In this document: positions 57,001-64,000 of the stretch, piece after piece
Layout: each line of letters opens with the position of its first letter
Position numbering within the stretch: the stretch's first letter is position 1
Source: the human T2T-CHM13v2.0 reference genome, Homo sapiens
Reading direction: 5' to 3' (one strand)
Length of the DNA: 64,000 nucleotides
Assembly (NCBI RefSeq): GCF_009914755.1
Contig: NC_060948.1
Notes under the pieces: model-generated
Told to the model about the DNA's origin: nothing
Database searches by the model: none
What the model saw: the letters and a program-made list of their open reading frames with translations, nothing else
Program-made: the position numbers and the translations under genes

Positions 57001-59600
57001 AACATCATTGTGACATATCACTGTGTCCATCCCTTAGAAGATGTTACTCTCATCTCTGGAATGAGCCCTGCACACAGGGAAGAATAGTGACACATTTCTA
57101 GGCCACACACACAGATGATGATACTCTTTTGTCAGGACCTTGACCAAAAGAGGACATTTTGACATATCTCAGGGCCTATCTTGTAGGTGATATGGCTCTT
57201 CAGCTTGGGACCTGCCCACTTGAACAGTGACATATTGCTAGGCCAGGCACAAAGGTGATGGTACTCTTTTGACAGGGCCATGCTTTAAGGAAGACTTTGT
57301 GACACATCTCTGTGGCTATCACCTAGTTTATGTGACGTCTTGCTTGGTCCTGCCCACATGGGGCATTGTGACATAAAGCTGGAACCTGGACATAGGTGAT
57401 GTATCTCCATTGTCTGGGTCCTTTTCTAAAGGGGACTTGTGAATACATCAGGACCAAAATTCATGTGATGTGTCTCTTCAGCCTAGTATCTGCCCACATA
57501 TTAATTTGTGACATATAGCTAAGGAAGCAATTGGATGATATGACTCTCTTTTTCTGCTTGAGCCCAGCATACTGGTGACATTGGGACATATTTCTGAGCC
57601 CATGACCTAAATCATGTGACTCTCTTCTTCTGACTGTGCTTTTATAATGAGAATATTATGATATATTGATGAGTCCAGCCCTTAGGTAATGTGACTTTCA
57701 TCTTTTTGCTGAACAACACCCACAAACAGGACTTTTCCCATGCTTCAGGGCCCAACTCCCAGATTATGTCAGTCTTCTGCCTAGGTCATGCATAAATAGG
57801 GAGTTATAGCATATTGTTCAGCCCAGCACCACAAAGATGTAACTCTCCTGCTTCTGCCCAAGCCACAGAAGGTATTTTGACGTATCTTTGACCCATTCGG
57901 TAGGTGTTTTGACTCTCATCACTTTTCTGGATTTTCTCCACATGAGGTTGTATCATATTGGTGGCTCCAGCCCCCAGTTAATGTGACCCTTTTCCTAGCC
58001 CTTGCCTAGAGAGGACATTGTGAAATATCGTGTGGCACAACACCTAAGTAATTTTAAAGTTTTGCTTGGTTTTCTTGCCCACAAATGGGATTATGACATA
58101 TACTTTGGTTCAGTTCAAAGGCAAGATGATCAAGCTTATATTGGGATTCACCCAATAGGGGATATCTTGCCTCTAGCATCTATATTTAGGTCGATAGGTA
58201 AGGTCCTTCATTTCACATTTGAACAGAGCACACTGAAATTTGCAATATTAACTCATATCAGGAAAACTTATTGGGTAGTACAGAGTTTCATAATAGGGCC
58301 GAGCAAAAGTTAAGATTGTGTCTCTTGACTACACACTCTCATGAAAGTAAAAGTTATTGTCATCCTACATTTACAAAGCCCATTGTTGAGTTCCTCAGTC
58401 TAACAAGTAAATACAGCAGAAAGTTGGAATTGTGACTTTCATAAGTGAATGTGGCCACGCATGGGATGGTGACTCATTTTTGGCACCAGCTTACAGGCAT
58501 AATAGTGGTCTCATTCCTGAGTCCAGCCTATAGGAGAGCTGTTTACTGTCATGCCTGGGTTTATGGCAATATGTAAGATCATGAGTCCATATAAGTGTTT
58601 GGGCCTAAGAAAAGTTAGCAACCCTGATGCATGTTGAACAAAGTTCCCTGATGTTGTAGAGTGTGCCATACAATGGTCAGCACACATGTGAGATTGTGGC
58701 TTTCATATACACAACTAGCTAACAGTTAATATTTTCACTCTTAAAAATGAGAAGATTGTGTCATATCCATTGGCTTAGCAACCAGGTGTTGAGACTTTTT
58801 GGCTTAACTTCCTTTCTATAAGGGCTTTGTTACATATCACTGGTTCAGAGTAATGATAATGCGATTCTTCTGCCTAGACCCAATAATCAGGGAATATTTT
58901 TAGATAGCTCTGGTCCTACTTGCTAGGTGATATTTCTCCCTTCCAGTGTCCTGCCCACAGGGGACACTATAGCATACCACAAGATAAAATATCTAGGTAA
59001 TATGACTCTCCTCTCCTGCTTGGATCCTGCCTACTGAAGAAATTGTGACATGTTACTGAGCATAAAACCTTGTTGACATGACTTTCCTCTTTTTCCTAAA
59101 CTCTGCCTAGAGGAGGAATTATTCCATATTTCTGAGCTCAGCACCCAACTGGTGTGATTCTCTTTTTCTTCTTCAAAACTGTCTACACTGGGGATGATGA
59201 CATATTATTTGAGGCTGTACCCAAGTGATGTGTCTCTTCTGTCTAGTTTCTGCCCACATGTTAGTTTGTGACATATAACTAGGGAAGCACCTAGGTGATA
59301 TGACTCTCCATTTCTGCCTGGGCCCTGCCTATTGGGGGCACTGGGAAATATCTCTGAGCCCATAACCTAATAAACTAACTGCTTCTTCTCTCTGGCTTTT
59401 ACATCAGTGGATTGTGCCATATAGCTGAGCCCATCACTCAGGTTATTTTATCCTTTTTTTTTTCTTGAACCATGAACACACAAAAATTTTTGACTTATTG
59501 CGTGGCCCCAGCACATAGATGATATTACTCTTTTGCTTGGGTCCTGCATATAGAGAGAACTATGGCATATTGCTGGGCCCAGCACCCTAAAAATTTGTAA

Positions 59601-60038
<438 letters not shown>

Positions 60039-63000
60039 TGAGTCCAGCACCTAGTTAATGTGACTCTAATTCCTATACACTGCCTACAAAGGGCATTGGG
60101 ACATGTTGCTTGGCACAGCACCTAAGTAATGTTACCTTCCTGCCTAGTTTTTTGCCCACAAATGGTACTATGACATATAATGGTCAAACTTATACTTGGA
60201 TTCAACCAATAGGAGATATTCTGCCTTTCATCTCTAGTCATAGGGCAATAAGTAAGATCCTTGGTTGCAAATATCTAGAAAGCTCACAGAACTTTACAAC
60301 TCCAACTCATAATGTATATGTTTCTTGACTGGAACAGAGAGTTTCATGACAGGGACCAGCAAAAAGTTCAGATTGGGACTCCTGATTACATTCCCAGGTG
60401 AAAGCAAATGTTGTCACCATCCCACATGTCCAAAGCCCACTGTTAACATCCTGAGTCTAACAAGTGAATACAGTACAAAGTTGGAATTTTGACCTTCATA
60501 TGTGGATCTGGCCACAGGGGGGATGGTGACTCATTTCTGTGTCCAGCTCATAGGCATAATAATGCATCTCATACCTAAAACCAGCCTATGGGAAAGATGT
60601 TTACTATCATACCTGCGTTTAGGGCAATATGTGAGATCATGAATCCCTATAAGCATGTAGGCTTCAGAGTGGTTTGCAACCCTGATGCATGTGGTATAAA
60701 TGCTTCAAAATGCTGTATAAAGCCTTCAAATGTAGCCCAAAAAACATGTAAGATTGTGACTCTCATAGACACAGCTAGCTCAATTTAACGGTGTCACTCT
60801 CAAATCCAAAAAGATTTGGAACATTACTAGGCCTAATACCCATGTATTGGGACTTTTTGGTTTATTTTTTTTCCCATTGGTTCATTTTGGCATATCGCAG
60901 GGTTAGAATCATAATCATGTTACTTCTGCCTGTACCCTGGAAACAGGGGATATTATTGCTTATCTCTGGGCTTATGAGATAGGTGATTTTTCTCTCCTGT
61001 CTGTACCTATTCCCAGAGCACATAGTGAAATATCTTTTGACCAAACATCTAGGTCATGTGACTCTCCTCTCCTGCCTGGGTACTGCTCACCACAGATGTG
61101 GTGACATACCACTGTGTGATATGACTATGTGATGTGACTCTCCTTCCTATTCTAGACGCTGCCAAGAGAGGGAATTACTACACATTGCAGACCCCAACAT
61201 CTAGGTGATTTGACTCTTCTGACTAGGCCCAGCCTACAAATGAAATTATATTGTGTCACTGGCTCAGCACCCAGGTTATGTGGCTCTCCCGCTTTGTCCC
61301 AGCTCACAGGTAAAATTGTGACATATACCTGTGTTAAGCATACATGGGTAATAATAACTTCCATTCCTGGACCCAGCCAGTAGAGATATTGTGACTCTCA
61401 TATCCATCTCACTGTCATGGGTAAGGTACTGGGTTTTTCACTTCCATAAAGTTCATGAATGATTATAATGCTCTGGTATATCACATAAAGCCTTATTGGT
61501 ACAAAGAGTGTCATAACAGAGAAGAGCAACCAGGTGAGAATGTGACTCTTGTATGCACACCTAGCTGACACAATTGTCATTCCTACACATAAACAGGTCT
61601 AGGAATGTGGTACTAAATCTCACACATAAAAAGTGTTGAAGGTTGAAATAATTACTATCATACGTGGATGTGATTAACAGGTGGTTTTTAAACATTTGAA
61701 ACATGATTCAGCACACTTGTGGTGCTATGACTCTCCTACTGGAACACAATATTCAAGTAGGATTGAGGCAGGATTGAGGCTTACACATGGATCTTGCCCA
61801 TTGTTGGGATTGTGACTCCTCTACTTTGACCTAATTCATAGAAAAAATTAACTCAAATATACAAAACCAGGATTCATGTGGAATAAAAAACTTATTTCTG
61901 AGCACTTCTGAGAGGGTGATTGGGACAGGTAAAATTGCCCAGCATGTGAATAATTTGACTGTCTCTTCTAGGCCCAGGCCACAGATGAAATTGTGTCATA
62001 CATGGACAAATACCTAAGCCATGTATAATACTTTCTTTGGCTATGCCTACAAAATGGCACTTTTGTATATCCCTGGGACCATCACCCAGGTGAGGTGAAT
62101 TATCTCCCTGAAATCTGCCTACAAAGAGAATAGTGTCTTTTACCTAGGCCCATCACATAAGTAATGTGACTCCCTATATTTCCTTGGCCTTTCACTTACA
62201 GTGCATTGTGACACATAACTGGGCACTGCAGCAAGGTGACGTGATTCTTCTTCTTCGGTTCAGCCAACAGAAAGCATTGTAGCATATCTCTTGGCTCAAC
62301 ACCTAGGTTATGTTTTTCTGCTTTGGCCTGTGGCTTGATTACAAGGAGATTGTGAAATTCTTGGGTCCAGCACCAATGTCACTCTCCAGCTTTGGTACTG
62401 CACAGAACAAACACTGTGAGATGTATCTAGACCAGCTGCCTAGGTTAAGTGAGTCTCCTCTCTTTCCAAAGTCCTGCCCACAGAGGGGTTTTTGATATGT
62501 CACTGAAACCCGCATCCAGGTGATGTGAATTTTCTATAAGGGGCTTCCCACAAGGGGGATTGTGACATCTCACAGGACTCACACCCAAATAGGTGATGTG
62601 ACATTCTTGCCTTCTCTGTGTCCACAGGTGATATTGTGCTATATACCTAAGACCATAACAAAAGCCTAATAACAAGTCATATACCTGGGCCCAGAACATG
62701 TGCAAGATGATGACTCTTATTTTTAAACCTTTCCACAAGTATAATTGTGACATATACCTTTGCCCAGCTCCAGAATGATTTAATAATTTTGCTAGGTATA
62801 GCCCACAAATGAGATTTTGACAAATACCTGGGCAAAGTACCTTGGTGATTTGACTGTGCTATTTTAACAGTGTCTTCAGGGGGGATTGTAATACATTTCT
62901 GGACCCATCATCTAGGTTATGTGACTCTCCTCTACCCTCTACTGCCTGTATTCTACTTCCTTTGGTAATTGTAGCATTACTAAACACTGCATCTAAATGA

Positions 63001-64000
63001 TACATCTCCTGCCTGGGCCCTGTTAACAGGAGGCATTGTGAAATATTTTTGGGCCCACCATTAAGTGAAATGACCCTACTCTCCTGCTCTGACACTTCCC
63101 ACAAAGGACACTGTGCCAAGAGCTGGACCTTGCACACAAGTGTTTTGACATTTATGACAAGACCTTGCCTACAAAGAGAATATTGGAATAATTCTGGCCC
63201 AGCATTTAGGTAATATGGCTGTTCTTCCTGCTTCATAGCCATACAAAGAATTGTAATATATACCTAGGCATGGTTCACAGGAATGATAATGACTGTCATA
63301 TGGGGATTGAGATAATAGAGGTTATTTTAACTCTTATAACCAAGTTTAGGTACATGCATGATGTCCTGAATAACGTTCTTATACAAATGTCACAAAAGAT
63401 TACAACATTTACACATATTTTACAAAGTCTTTGGGTTATAGAGACAGAGTCACAGCAGGGCTCAGAACACAGGTTAAATTGTGTCTTGTATGCACACCCT
63501 GCTGACAGTAAAGACTGTCATTATCTCACATGGATAAAGACAAATATCACACATGAAAACAGGATATGTGTGGTATTGTAAATCTCATCTTTGCAATTAT
63601 CTAACACTGTGATTGTGATATAAATCTGTGCCAAGCACTTGTGTAATTTGACTCTCCTGACTTGTTGCAGCCCACATATGGGATTGTGATATCTGGCTAG
63701 GCCAAACTGAAGGTGACATGATTCTCCTACCTGGGCCCTTCTCTGAGTAAGGATTGTAACATACTGAATCTAGCACCCAGGTGATGTTATATTCTTGCCT
63801 GCACCATGCCCACCAAAATTATTGTGTCATATTTTTGTGTCCTCCTCATAGATGATGTAACTCTGCTCTCTGGAATGGGCCATGCACAGATGAAAGATAG
63901 TGACATATTGCAAGGCCAGACACAGAGTTGAGGGTATTACTTTGCCAGAGCAATATTCAAAGGAGGGCATTGTGAATTATATCTGGGCCTATCACCTGAG

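Overview
Human/great-ape genomic DNA, most likely from the ampliconic Y chromosome (Yp). No intact protein-coding gene. (1) 1-2.2 kb: unprocessed, diverged TSPY-family (NAP/SET domain) pseudogene on + with five recognisable exons. (2) 3-31 kb: dense transposon patchwork of Alus (one nested), old L1M fragments, MER30B, ERV1 pol, LTR12 fragment, a solo LTR12C inside MSTA, MLT2A/HERV-L, a MER61-like LTR and a 5.3-kb L1PA3/PA2 with a twin-priming 5' inversion. (3) ~25.6 kb and 30.9-64 kb: an old, complex beta-satellite (BSR-like, ~70-bp monomer) array, interrupted by three Alus, an (AT)n tract and a solo LTR22. The array is hierarchical: monomer, then ~1.8-kb modules A/B/C, then a ~5.4-kb trimer, then 14-17-kb block duplications. 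I found no convincing new biological system. The best leads are the satellite hierarchy and its age, a still-spliceable 94-codon ORF in the TSPY-like pseudogene, and a composite LTR12C/MSTA first exon. All family assignments come from recalled consensus sequences, not from database searches.
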